A stretch of 32,000 bases of DNA, from the NCBI GenBank assembly GCA_963675595.2, contig CAXXLZ010000002.1, forward strand, positions 3,931,900 to 3,963,899, written 5' to 3'. This document shows, piece by piece, positions 6,945-15,885 of this stretch. Every line of letters starts with the position of its first letter. Position 1 is the first letter of the stretch. The translations under genes were made by a program, and so were the position numbers. Origin of the DNA: Thermodesulfobacteriota bacterium. GTDB lineage: Bacteria; Desulfobacterota; Desulfarculia; JACQYL01. Under the pieces are notes generated by a model. It saw nothing but the letters and a program-made list of their open reading frames with translations. It had not been told where the DNA came from and did not search any database.

Positions 6945-8492
6945 ATGAAACTCAAATACTACCTGCTTCGCAACGCCATGGGGTTCGGCAATTTCACCGC
7001 CAATTTGGTCGGCTGGGCCGCCGTGGAGATTCTTTCCCGATCCTGGCTACCGGAAGCCTTCTTTCATGCGGGCGAAACCCGGCGGATGTTGGCCATTCTG
7101 TTCCCGCCGGCAGCCTTTTTCTTTGCCTCTCTGGCCAACGTCGCCTACGAGCTTCCTTTTCGTTCCTGCTTTCGGGCGATCACCGAGGGCAAGGCGGTCT
7201 CTCCACAACTCCTGCAGCGAGCACGCCGCAGGACGCTCAACCAGCCCTATTTTGCGGCGGGACTGGACTTCGCAATCTGGCTCGTGGCCGGTATTTCTTT
7301 CGGTCTGGTAGTGCATCGTTCATCGGAAATTGGTTACCTGGCTTTGGCCAGTTTTCTGCAACCCGTGGTCACGGGACTGCTCACCGCGATCCTGGCGTTC
7401 TTTTTTATTGAACACGTTATTCAGCATCGGCTAGCTCCCATCCTTTTCCCCAACGGAGCCCTGCATGCCGTCCGAGGCACGCTTCGCATCCGCATCGGCA
7501 CGAGAACGGCTGCTTTGGTGTTTGCCACGAGTCTGGTTCCCCTTTGCGCCATACTGTTGACCATCTATGGATTTTCTCGGATAACGGCCAAGGGCGTGTG
7601 GCCGCCGGCAGTCGTCTTTCAGAAACTCCAGGTGGCCATTGTTGTGGAGACTATCGGCTTCATCTTGTTCGCGGTCTGTTCCGCGTTTTTTGTGGCCGTG
7701 AACCAAGTCCGCGCGCTGGGTGAAATGACGCGTGTTCTCAAGCGGGTGAGCCGGGGCGATTTCGGGCAGCGTGTGCAAGTGGTTTCCAACGACGAAATTG
7801 GCTACGTGGGAGACGTAATCAACGAGATGGCGGAAGGGCTCGAAGAACGTGAATTCATCAAAGATACTTTCGGAAAGTACGTAACGCGGGAGGTACGGGA
7901 CGAAATTCTCGAGGGGCGCATTCCTCTGGACGGCGAAACCAAAGAAGTCACTTTGCTGTTTGCGGATCTCCGGGAATTCACCCGTATGGTGGAAACCACG
8001 ATTCCGAAAGCCGTGGTGAAAGTGATCAACCGCTATTTCGCCGAGATGTCCTCGGCCATTCGGGATCACGGTGGTTTGGTGCTTCAGTTCATCGGCGACG
8101 AGATCGAGGCCGTTTTTGGAGCACCACTGGCTCTGGTCGACCATCCTCAAGCCGCGGTGCGGGCGGCTCTTGAGATGCGAGAGCGCCTCGTGAAGCTGAA
8201 CGAGGAATTGGAGGCGTGGGGCGGTCCCGTGTTGAGGCACGGTATCGGCGTGCACACGGGGAGCGTGTTGGCGGCGAATATCGGAAGTCCGGACCGCCTG
8301 TCCTATGCCATGGTGGGAGACACGGTGAACTTGGCGTCACGGATTCAGGAACTGAATAAGAACTTTGGAACGGATATTCTCATCAGTGTGGCGACGTTCG
8401 AGCGGTTGGACGGGAGCGTGCACGCGGGAAAGCTCCCGGAGGCCAAGGTAAAGGGAAAGACCGCTCCGGTGGAGGTGTTTCAGGTTTTCTGA
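6945..8492 (+). CDS. membrane-bound HAMP domain class III adenylate/guanylate cyclase
   Basis: Several N-terminal hydrophobic helices, a HAMP-like segment (LGEMTRVLKRVSRGDFGQRV..NDEIGYVGDVINEMAEGL), then a CYCc domain: VTLLFADLREFT, FIGDEIEAVFGAP, GIGVHTGSVLAANIGS, YAMVGDTVNLASRIQ. Confidence 0.9.
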   Translation: MKLKYYLLRNAMGFGNFTANLVGWAAVEILSRSWLPEAFFHAGETRRMLAILFPPAAFFFASLANVAYELPFRSCFRAITEGKAVSPQLLQRARRRTLNQPYFAAGLDFAIWLVAGISFGLVVHRSSEIGYLALASFLQPVVTGLLTAILAFFFIEHVIQHRLAPILFPNGALHAVRGTLRIRIGTRTAALVFATSLVPLCAILLTIYGFSRITAKGVWPPAVVFQKLQVAIVVETIGFILFAVCSAFFVAVNQVRALGEMTRVLKRVSRGDFGQRVQVVSNDEIGYVGDVINEMAEGLEEREFIKDTFGKYVTREVRDEILEGRIPLDGETKEVTLLFADLREFTRMVETTIPKAVVKVINRYFAEMSSAIRDHGGLVLQFIGDEIEAVFGAPLALVDHPQAAVRAALEMRERLVKLNEELEAWGGPVLRHGIGVHTGSVLAANIGSPDRLSYAMVGDTVNLASRIQELNKNFGTDILISVATFERLDGSVHAGKLPEAKVKGKTAPVEVFQVF

Positions 8493-8529
8493 CACGTAGG
8501 CGTTCCCGCGATCGGCGGACTGATTCCAC

Positions 8530-8557
8530 TTGACGTGCGGAGGCGGTTCTTCATAAT
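8530..8557 (+). promoter_or_regulatory. candidate sigma70-type promoter for the 8.7-15.7 kb cluster
   Basis: TTGACG (8530-8535), 16-nt spacer, CATAAT (8552-8557). Each hexamer matches consensus at 5/6. It lies about 170 nt upstream of the KAS start. Based on sequence match only. Confidence 0.35.
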
Positions 8558-8728
8558 GGAGTTATGGGGCTATGGAAGGGTTTGCGTTTGAACGATCGGA
8601 CGGAAAAGTGAATCGGCTCCCGCGCCACGCCCTCGTCACCCCCCAGTAAAGCATCCGAAACGATATCCGATAAAGAGGATCGATTCTGTGGACGACCTTG
8701 AGCGGGCGAGGCGTCCGGGAGGAGAAGA

Positions 8729-9973
8729 ATGCTGCAAGCCGCGCGAGACGGCGGTCGTCGTGTCGTGATTACCGGAATGGGCGTGGTTTCTTGTCTGGGC
8801 GCGACTCTCGATGAAGTGACCCGAGCTCTTCAGGAAGGCAAATCGGGAATCGCCGTGGTGCCGGAACGCATCGAATTGGGCTTTCGCTCTCCTTTATCCG
8901 GTGTTCTGCCTCCTTTCAGCATCAAGGATCGGCTAAAAAGAAAAGATCGAAAAGGGTTGAGCGAGGCGGCTTCCTACGCAATGGTCGCTGCGCTTGACGG
9001 GCTCGACGGTTTCGGAGACGCGAGCCTGTTGGATAGCGAGAGGGCGGGAATCCTCATCGGCAACGATTCCTCTTCCGATCAATCGATTTATACTTTGGAC
9101 ACGGTACGGACGGAGAAGCGAACCGGCACGTTGGGCGCCGGTCTGGTGCTCAAGTCCATGAACTCGAGTCCGACCATCAACATGACGCCCTTCTTCAAGA
9201 TCAAAGGCCTGAGCCTGACCATCAGTGCGGCTTGTGCCAGCGGAGCACACGCAACGGGCCTGGCGTACATGCTCATCAAGTCGGGATTTCTTGATCTGGC
9301 GCTTGCCGGCGGATGCCAGGAATTGAACTGGCAGTCCATGGCCTCCTTTGACGCCTTGATGACTTTCTCAACCCGTATTTCCGAACCGGAAAAGGCTTCC
9401 CGTCCCTTCGACGCGGATCGGGACGGATTGGTCCCCAGCGGAGGAGGAGCCGCACTCTACGTCGAGGAATTGGAGCACGCTCGTCGGAGGGGAGCGGATA
9501 TCTTGGCTGAAATCGTGGGCTACGGCTTCACCGCGGACGGCACTCATCCGACCAATCCGGACGGCTTCGGGGCGGAGCGCTGCATACGCTTGGCTCTTGA
9601 TCACGCACGGATGGATCCGGAAGAGGTGGATTACATCAATGGTCATGCCACGGGGACTTACGTGGGAGACCGTGCTGAGGCACAGGCCATCCACGCGGTA
9701 TTTAAGAACCACGACACCCCGGTAAGTTCCACGAAATCCATGACGGGTCATGAGTGTTGGATGGCCGGAGCGAGCGAACTGATCTACTGCATCTTGATGA
9801 TGCGACACGGTTTCATGGCTCCCAACATCAACTTTGAAAGACAGGGCCCCGACGAACCCCCCATCCATGTGATTCCTGAAACACGAGAAAAGCAATTGAA
9901 GACTGTTTTATCCAATTCGTTCGGCTTCGGCGGCACCAACGCGTGCGTCGTTTTGCGGAGCTTCGAGGGATGA
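8729..9973 (+). CDS. beta-ketoacyl-[ACP] synthase, KAS I/II (FabB/FabF-like, Cys-His-His type)
   Basis: VVITGMGVVSCLG, active-site ISAACASGAHATG, NGHATGT, STKSMTGHECWMAG and SNSFGFGGTNACVVL motifs. GGGAGGAG RBS at 8717-8724. Confidence 0.9.
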   Translation: MLQAARDGGRRVVITGMGVVSCLGATLDEVTRALQEGKSGIAVVPERIELGFRSPLSGVLPPFSIKDRLKRKDRKGLSEAASYAMVAALDGLDGFGDASLLDSERAGILIGNDSSSDQSIYTLDTVRTEKRTGTLGAGLVLKSMNSSPTINMTPFFKIKGLSLTISAACASGAHATGLAYMLIKSGFLDLALAGGCQELNWQSMASFDALMTFSTRISEPEKASRPFDADRDGLVPSGGGAALYVEELEHARRRGADILAEIVGYGFTADGTHPTNPDGFGAERCIRLALDHARMDPEEVDYINGHATGTYVGDRAEAQAIHAVFKNHDTPVSSTKSMTGHECWMAGASELIYCILMMRHGFMAPNINFERQGPDEPPIHVIPETREKQLKTVLSNSFGFGGTNACVVLRSFEG

Positions 9974-9977
9974 CGGA

Positions 9978-11447
9978 GTGACGGCGGGCCAAGCGGTGAT
10001 CATCGGCGCCGGACTGGGTGGATTGTCCTGCGGCGTGTTGCTGGCGGAAGCCGGTTGGCGGGTGACTCTCCTGGAGCAGTTCCGCAAGCCCGGGGGATAC
10101 ATGGCCCGGTTCCGTCGAGGTGGCGCGGTCTTCGACACCGGATTTCATTTTGTGGGAAGTCTGGGGCCGGGCGAGGCTTCACGGCCCTACTTCGAGGACT
10201 TGGGAATTCTGGAACGCGTGAAGCTCATCCGCTTCCCTTCCGACCGGTTCTTCAGGTACTTGATTCCCGGGTCCTCGCCCCTGGAACTTCCCAACGGATT
10301 GGACGCGGCTTTCGACGTGCTGAATACCCGCTTTCCCGGCAATACCGCAGGCTTGGATTCCTTCAAATCGCAAGTTCGGGAAACCATGGCCACCTTTCCC
10401 TGGTTCAATTTGGAGCCCGTTCCTTCGGAACAGGTTCATCGGCACATGCGTACTCCCCTCAAGACGATGGTCGATCAAGCCACCGAAGATGCCGGACTAA
10501 GACGGGTCCTCATGCTCATGTCCTGGGGAACTTCCTTGCGACCCGAGGTATGTCCTTTTGCTCTGGCGGCCATCCTCAACGGTTCCATGATTGCCGGTGC
10601 GTGGCGGATTTCGGGAGGAGGAGAGGCCCTGACCAAGGCTTTGGTGGATCGTTTTCTTGAACTGGGCGGAATCCTCGAATGTTCCGCCGAAGTGACCGGT
10701 TTCAAAATCAACGGGCTGAGGGCCGAGTCGGTACAAACTTCCGACGGCCGTCAATTCGAGGGAGACCTGTTCATCGCGACGCCTCATCCCAAGACGATCC
10801 TGGAAATCGCGGGACCGGAAGCTTTTCGTCCCACCTTCCGCGAAATGGTTCAAGACTTTGAAGACGCCCCCGGAAGTTTTTGTGTGTTCCTGGAGACGGA
10901 TCGATCCCCGGATTCCCTTTGTCGCACCAATAATTTTTTGTTGGGAGAATCTTGGGAAGACACGATTTACCTGTTATCTCCGTCCGCCGTTGAAGGAGCG
11001 GATAAAGGACACACGCTGCATGCGCTCACCTGGATGGACTTCGACAAAGTGTCTGCGTGGGCCGAGTCGAAGCCGGGGAGCCGCCCCCCGGCGTATCTGG
11101 AATTCAAAGCCCGTCGGACGGAACGGATTCTGTCCCGAGTCAAGGCCTGCTGTCCGGAAATCCGGGAGGGCATTCGGTATGTGGAGGCCTCGACACCACT
11201 GACCAATCAGTATTATACCCGGAGCCATGGTGGGGCGGCCATGGGAGTGAGTCAAGGAGTGCATCAACAGGGCGCTCGGAGAATGAGGCCGAGGAACAAA
11301 CTCCGGAATTTGTTTTTCGCCGGTCAGTCGGTGGGCACGCCGGGAATCATAGGAACGCTGATTACTTCCTATATGCTTTGTGACCAGATCTTAGGCGAAG
11401 GTGTGTTGTGGAACAGATTGCGAAAACGGGCGGGGAAAGCCCCATGA
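9978..11447 (+). CDS. NAD(P)/FAD-dependent oxidoreductase, phytoene desaturase (CrtI/COG1233)-like
   Basis: N-terminal dinucleotide fold VIIGAGLGGLSCGVLLAEAGWRVTLLEQFRKPGG. C-terminal FFAGQSVGTPGIIGT motif typical of the CrtI family. GTG start 4 nt after the KAS stop. Confidence 0.85.
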   Translation: MTAGQAVIIGAGLGGLSCGVLLAEAGWRVTLLEQFRKPGGYMARFRRGGAVFDTGFHFVGSLGPGEASRPYFEDLGILERVKLIRFPSDRFFRYLIPGSSPLELPNGLDAAFDVLNTRFPGNTAGLDSFKSQVRETMATFPWFNLEPVPSEQVHRHMRTPLKTMVDQATEDAGLRRVLMLMSWGTSLRPEVCPFALAAILNGSMIAGAWRISGGGEALTKALVDRFLELGGILECSAEVTGFKINGLRAESVQTSDGRQFEGDLFIATPHPKTILEIAGPEAFRPTFREMVQDFEDAPGSFCVFLETDRSPDSLCRTNNFLLGESWEDTIYLLSPSAVEGADKGHTLHALTWMDFDKVSAWAESKPGSRPPAYLEFKARRTERILSRVKACCPEIREGIRYVEASTPLTNQYYTRSHGGAAMGVSQGVHQQGARRMRPRNKLRNLFFAGQSVGTPGIIGTLITSYMLCDQILGEGVLWNRLRKRAGKAP

Positions 11448-12712
11448 GAATCCACCTCGTCTATCCGGCCTGGCCCAAAATGCCCCACCAAACTCGGTTC
11501 GATCTTCCGCCGCACGGTCCCGTGTGTTTCGCCTCGTCCGTTCCCCCGGGAACCGAGATTGTATTCACCGATGAAAACGTGCAACCGCTGGACTTCGAGA
11601 CTGAATCCGACCTGGTGTGTATTTCCATGATGCTCACGTGTCAGGCTCCTCGGGGATGGGAAATCGCCGATGAATTCCGAAGGAGAGGGCGCACGGTGAT
11701 TGTGGGGGGCATTGCGGCCATGCTTCACGCCGAGGAATGCGCCATGCATGCCGACAGCGTCTTCGTGGGTGAAGCGGAAGGATTTTTTTCACAGACGATC
11801 GATGATTTCAAGAATGGGCGGCTTCGGAGATTCTACCGACCGGAAAGTTTCCCGGACGTGACGGAACTTCCCTTCGCCGATCGAAGCATTTTGGACTATG
11901 ACTGTTACACCTACAAAGGTGTACGCATGGTGGATCTGATTCATGGGAGCCGGGGATGCCGTTTCAACTGCTATCCCTGTTGCGTTCCCATGCTCGGCGG
12001 ACGGAAGTTTCGTCCCAGACCGCCCGCGCGGGTGGCCGCGGAGATCGCTTCCGTGGATAATGATCGCTTTTTTCTGGTCGACAATTCCCTTGCACAAGAC
12101 CGGGATTGGGTGCTTGCCTTGTTCAAGGCCCTCGCGCCCCTCGACATTCACTGGATATCCCATCCGTTGTTCAACACCGATCAGGTGGTGGAAGCCGCGG
12201 CCGCGGCCGGATGCTGGTATGTTTACCAGGCGGTGTACGATATGAGTGAGAAGACCCGAAACCGGATTCGCAGATTGAAGGATCACGGGATCGGTGTTGA
12301 GGGAACCGTGTTGTTGGGACTGGACGACCAGACGGAAGACGACGTTCTTCGCATGGTGGATTTTCTTCTCGAATTGGACCTGGACTTGGCCGAATTCACG
12401 GTCCTCACTCCTTTCCCACATTCGAAGGCCTATGAGGACCTGGAGCGGGAGGGACGGATCCTGCACAAAGATTGGAGTAGGTACACGGCTTCCGAGGTGG
12501 TGTTTCAGCCCAAACACATGACGCCGGGACGATTGCAGGAACTCCACGATTATGCGTGGGAGGCCTTCTATCGCGACGAGAGTCAGCAGCAGCGCATGTT
12601 TCGGCTGTTCATGAAGCTCATGAAGAAACAAGGCCGGTCGGACGCCGGACGGAGACGCGGTAGACGGTGCGCGGCCTCCAACGGAGTCGCGGGAAGCAAC
12701 GGAGAAAGCTGA
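11444..12712 (+). CDS. B12-binding domain radical SAM protein
   Basis: N-terminal Rossmann-like cobalamin-binding-type region (RIHLVYPAW...DLVCISMM...VIVGG). Radical SAM cluster motif GSRGCRFNCYPC (CxxxCxxC, about nt 11957-11980). The ATG at 11444 overlaps the upstream stop (ATGA). Confidence 0.9.
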   Translation: MRIHLVYPAWPKMPHQTRFDLPPHGPVCFASSVPPGTEIVFTDENVQPLDFETESDLVCISMMLTCQAPRGWEIADEFRRRGRTVIVGGIAAMLHAEECAMHADSVFVGEAEGFFSQTIDDFKNGRLRRFYRPESFPDVTELPFADRSILDYDCYTYKGVRMVDLIHGSRGCRFNCYPCCVPMLGGRKFRPRPPARVAAEIASVDNDRFFLVDNSLAQDRDWVLALFKALAPLDIHWISHPLFNTDQVVEAAAAAGCWYVYQAVYDMSEKTRNRIRRLKDHGIGVEGTVLLGLDDQTEDDVLRMVDFLLELDLDLAEFTVLTPFPHSKAYEDLEREGRILHKDWSRYTASEVVFQPKHMTPGRLQELHDYAWEAFYRDESQQQRMFRLFMKLMKKQGRSDAGRRRGRRCAASNGVAGSNGES

Positions 12713-12835
12713 GGAACAAGGCGGAGTTTCACTGGGATGCGGTGTCCAAGGGTGAAATGCGGTCCGTCTTCGGCGGGCGGTTCGTGTTTTTCATGGACCG
12801 GTTGATGTTCCACTCAACCTATTGGGGATGAATTC

Positions 12836-14137
12836 TTGGAAGTGATTACTACGCACACGAGCACGGATTTTGATGCCCTGGCTTCGCTGGTCGCAGCTTC
12901 GATCATCTACCCCGAAGCCGTTGTGGTGTTGCCCAGGAGCCTGAATCCCAACGTTAAAGCGTTCTTGTCCATTCACAAAGACCTTTTCGATCTGGAAACC
13001 GTTCTTGACATCGACCTGGATTGGGTCACCAAGCTGATTGTGGTGGATACCAACCGTTGGGGTCGTTTGGATAAGATGGACGCCCTGGCGTCCAAGGAAG
13101 GACTGGTGGTTCACCTTTGGGATCATCATCCCGAAATCGGCGATATTGTGCCTCACTGGTCCTGCCAGGAACTCACCGGCGCGGCGACGACCCTCCTGGT
13201 GCAGCAGCTGGAGGAGGAAAAGAAGGAGCTGCTGTCTCCCATTTTTGCGACGCTCTTCCTGGCGGGGATCTACGAGGACACGGGAAACCTATCCTTTCCC
13301 TCCACCACGGCGGAGGACGCCCGCGCGGCCGCTTACCTGTTGGATCAGCAAGCGGACCTCAACGTGCTCAACAGCTTCCTGCGCCCAACCTACGGACCCA
13401 AACAGAAAGACATCCTTTTCGAGATGCTCAGGAGCGGCAACCGGACGGTCATTGATGAGCAGCGTATCGGGCTTTCAATGGTGGAAGTAAATGGGCATAC
13501 GCCCGGCCTTTCCCTGGTGGTCCAGATGTATCGGGACATCGTCAACGTGGACGCGGCCTTCGGAATCTTCGTTGACCCGAAAAAAGATTCCTGCATGATC
13601 ATCGCACGCAGCGCATCCGACGCCATCAACGTGGCGACCGTGCTCCGAGGTTTGGGAGGCGGGGGGCATCCCGCCGCCGCCTCGGCGTTTCTGAAATCGG
13701 CCAATCCGGAGGCGGTCCAAGACACGATCCTCGGACTCGTCAGAGGAAACCAGCAGTCCTCGATCCAGATCAGCGACCTCATGTCCTTCCCCGTGGTGAC
13801 CGTCCCCCCCGATATGACGATGACGGACGTGGCCCAGCTGCTCAACGACACCGGGCATTCCGGCGTGCTCGTGGTCGAAGAGGGGCGACTTGCGGGAGTC
13901 ATTTCCAAGAGGGATTTCAACAGGATCAAAAAGAAGTCCGGATGGAGGTCCCCCGTCAAGGCTTTTATGTCCAGAGACGTGCTTACCATCGATCCGGCGG
14001 TGAGCCCCATCAAGGCGGCGCGGATCATGCTCAAGCACGACATCGGGAGGTTGCCCGTGATGGAGGACGGTCATATCATCGGAATTCTTACCCGATCGGA
14101 CCTGATGATCTTCTTTTACGACCTCTTGCCCGATTGA
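12836..14137 (+). CDS. DHH/DHHA1 family phosphoesterase fused to a CBS-domain pair
   Basis: EVITTHTSTDFDALAS (DHH motif I region), VVDTN, WDHH, GIYEDTG and GGGGHPAAASA (DHHA1 GGGH) motifs, followed by two CBS-like repeats (MSFPVVTV...GVLVVEEGRLAGVISKRD; MSRDVLTI...LPVMEDGHIIGILTRSD). TTG start at 12836 as in the ORF track; GTG at 12842 is an alternative. Confidence 0.85.
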   Translation: MEVITTHTSTDFDALASLVAASIIYPEAVVVLPRSLNPNVKAFLSIHKDLFDLETVLDIDLDWVTKLIVVDTNRWGRLDKMDALASKEGLVVHLWDHHPEIGDIVPHWSCQELTGAATTLLVQQLEEEKKELLSPIFATLFLAGIYEDTGNLSFPSTTAEDARAAAYLLDQQADLNVLNSFLRPTYGPKQKDILFEMLRSGNRTVIDEQRIGLSMVEVNGHTPGLSLVVQMYRDIVNVDAAFGIFVDPKKDSCMIIARSASDAINVATVLRGLGGGGHPAAASAFLKSANPEAVQDTILGLVRGNQQSSIQISDLMSFPVVTVPPDMTMTDVAQLLNDTGHSGVLVVEEGRLAGVISKRDFNRIKKKSGWRSPVKAFMSRDVLTIDPAVSPIKAARIMLKHDIGRLPVMEDGHIIGILTRSDLMIFFYDLLPD

Positions 14138-14213
14138 GCCCCGTACGCGGAACCATTCAGGGGGCGCAACCGTTCGGAAAGAGGGGTCCCCATGATGTTC
14201 TTTCCAAGCGCCT

Positions 14214-15743
14214 ATGAACGAACACATGAATAAAGGAAAAATCCGATCCGGCCCCAGCAGGGTGGTGCTGATTCACCCTCGTGGTTTCGGCTATGTCAAA
14301 GGTAAGCCGGACGTCACTCATTTGGCCAACCGCATGCCTCCTTTGGGCTTGCTGAGTATCGCCGCGTACCTGCGTGCCCAGGGCGTCGCCGTCTCTGTGG
14401 TGGATTTGTGTGCGCGGCCGGAGCCCATGGAGAGTCTCCTGCGAAGGCTGGAAACCATGCGTCCGGATTACGTGGGGTTCAGCTGCACCACGGCGAGTTT
14501 CCTGGATGGAACGGTTGTCGCCGAGGCCGTCAAAGACCGTTTGCCCGGCGTAGGGATTGTATTCGGCGGTGTCCATGTGTCGGCGCTAAGAGATGGAATA
14601 CTGGATTCTTTTCCCATTGTCGACTTCGTGGTCGCCGGTGAAGGGGAACAAACCATGCTCGAGCTGGTCCGTGGAGAGGACCCGCGGCATATTCGAGGTT
14701 TGACCCACCGCGACAAAGGGACGAACGGGGAATCGGAGGAAAAGCGGCGTCCTCTGGACCCGGATGCGCTGCCCTTTCCGGCATATGATCTTCTGGAAGG
14801 TTTCCCGAAAGACTACCTGCTTCCCATCTTCAACTATCCTCGCTTCCCCGGAGCCACCCTGGTGACGAGCCGGGGCTGCCCCTACCAGTGCACCTACTGC
14901 GACAGGTCGGTTTACGGCAGGTCTTATCGGTACAACTCGCCTGCATACGTTTACGAACACATGCGCATGCTCCGCAGGCGGTTCGGGGTTCGGCACATCA
15001 ATATTTACGACGATCAATTCACCTTTCATCGCGGCAGAGTCGGAGAGTTTTGCGAGCAGATGGCCCGGCGTCCCTTAGGAGTGACGTTCAATTGCGCCGT
15101 TCACGCCGGTCATGTGGATCCGGAACTCCTGCGTCTTTTGAAAAAGGCCGGCTGCTGGATGGTCAGTCTGGGCATCGAGTCCGGGGATGCCGAGCTGGTG
15201 GCACGCCATAAGCGGAACACGGACCTATCCAAAATTTACCAAACCGTCGGAATGATCAAAAGTGCGGGCCTGCGGGTCAAGGGACTTTTCATGATGGGAT
15301 TGCCGGGGGAGACCGAAGAAAGCATCCGGCGCACCATCCGTTTCATCCTCTCTCTCGACCTCGACGATATGAATATGTCCAAGTTCACACCTTTCCCCGG
15401 TGCTCCCATCTACCGAGATATCCGGGAATACGGGAGTTTCGAGGAGGACTGGAACCTGCTCAATTGCCTGAATTTTACGTTCGTGCCTAAGGGGATTCGG
15501 TCAAAAGAACGCCTGGATGAGCTCTATAGTCTGTTCCTCAAGAGTTGGTACCAGCGGCCCGCCGTTCGCAGCAAGTATGTGCGGATGTTTTGGCAGTCGC
15601 CCCATTCCTGGTGGGTTCTCCTGAGACATCTTCCCGCATTCCTACGTGCTCGAAACGACTGGAACGCCGGGTCCGGGGAGAGAATTCGCATCCGGCCGCC
15701 ACGATCTTCGACATTCCGTAAAGATATGGTAAATCCTTTGTGA
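14214..15743 (+). CDS. B12-binding domain radical SAM protein
   Basis: VVLIHPRG...LGLLSIAAYL...VGFSCTT...IVFGGVH...VVAGEGE (B12-binding-like domain). TSRGCPYQCTYC radical SAM motif (nt 14877-14900). Confidence 0.9.
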   Translation: MNEHMNKGKIRSGPSRVVLIHPRGFGYVKGKPDVTHLANRMPPLGLLSIAAYLRAQGVAVSVVDLCARPEPMESLLRRLETMRPDYVGFSCTTASFLDGTVVAEAVKDRLPGVGIVFGGVHVSALRDGILDSFPIVDFVVAGEGEQTMLELVRGEDPRHIRGLTHRDKGTNGESEEKRRPLDPDALPFPAYDLLEGFPKDYLLPIFNYPRFPGATLVTSRGCPYQCTYCDRSVYGRSYRYNSPAYVYEHMRMLRRRFGVRHINIYDDQFTFHRGRVGEFCEQMARRPLGVTFNCAVHAGHVDPELLRLLKKAGCWMVSLGIESGDAELVARHKRNTDLSKIYQTVGMIKSAGLRVKGLFMMGLPGETEESIRRTIRFILSLDLDDMNMSKFTPFPGAPIYRDIREYGSFEEDWNLLNCLNFTFVPKGIRSKERLDELYSLFLKSWYQRPAVRSKYVRMFWQSPHSWWVLLRHLPAFLRARNDWNAGSGERIRIRPPRSSTFRKDMVNPL

Positions 15744-15770
15744 ACTCTTCTCGGTAAGCCCTCCGACCGT

Positions 15771-15800
15771 TTGGAATCTTTCGAACCGCTCTGTTAGAAT
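15771..15800 (+). promoter_or_regulatory. weak candidate promoter ahead of the fusion gene
   Basis: TTGGAA (15771-15776), 18-nt spacer, TAGAAT (15795-15800), about 85 nt upstream of the ATG at 15886, which has an AAGGAA RBS. Based on sequence match only. Confidence 0.25.
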
Positions 15801-15885
15801 CACGAAGAACTCACCGGCGCCGCACGAATGCTCCAAAGTCCGTTCGACCCGAGAAACCTCTATCTCTTACCTCAAGGAAAATTTC

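Noticed and set aside
8729-15743. Assigning the cluster specifically to ladderane, hopanoid-methylation or tetraether biosynthesis
   Set aside because: The gene classes overlap with those proposals, but no diagnostic gene is visible (squalene-hopene cyclase, anammox-specific genes, glycerol-ether enzymes). Subfamily membership of the radical SAM proteins cannot be judged without phylogeny. It is kept as an unassigned lipid-type cluster.
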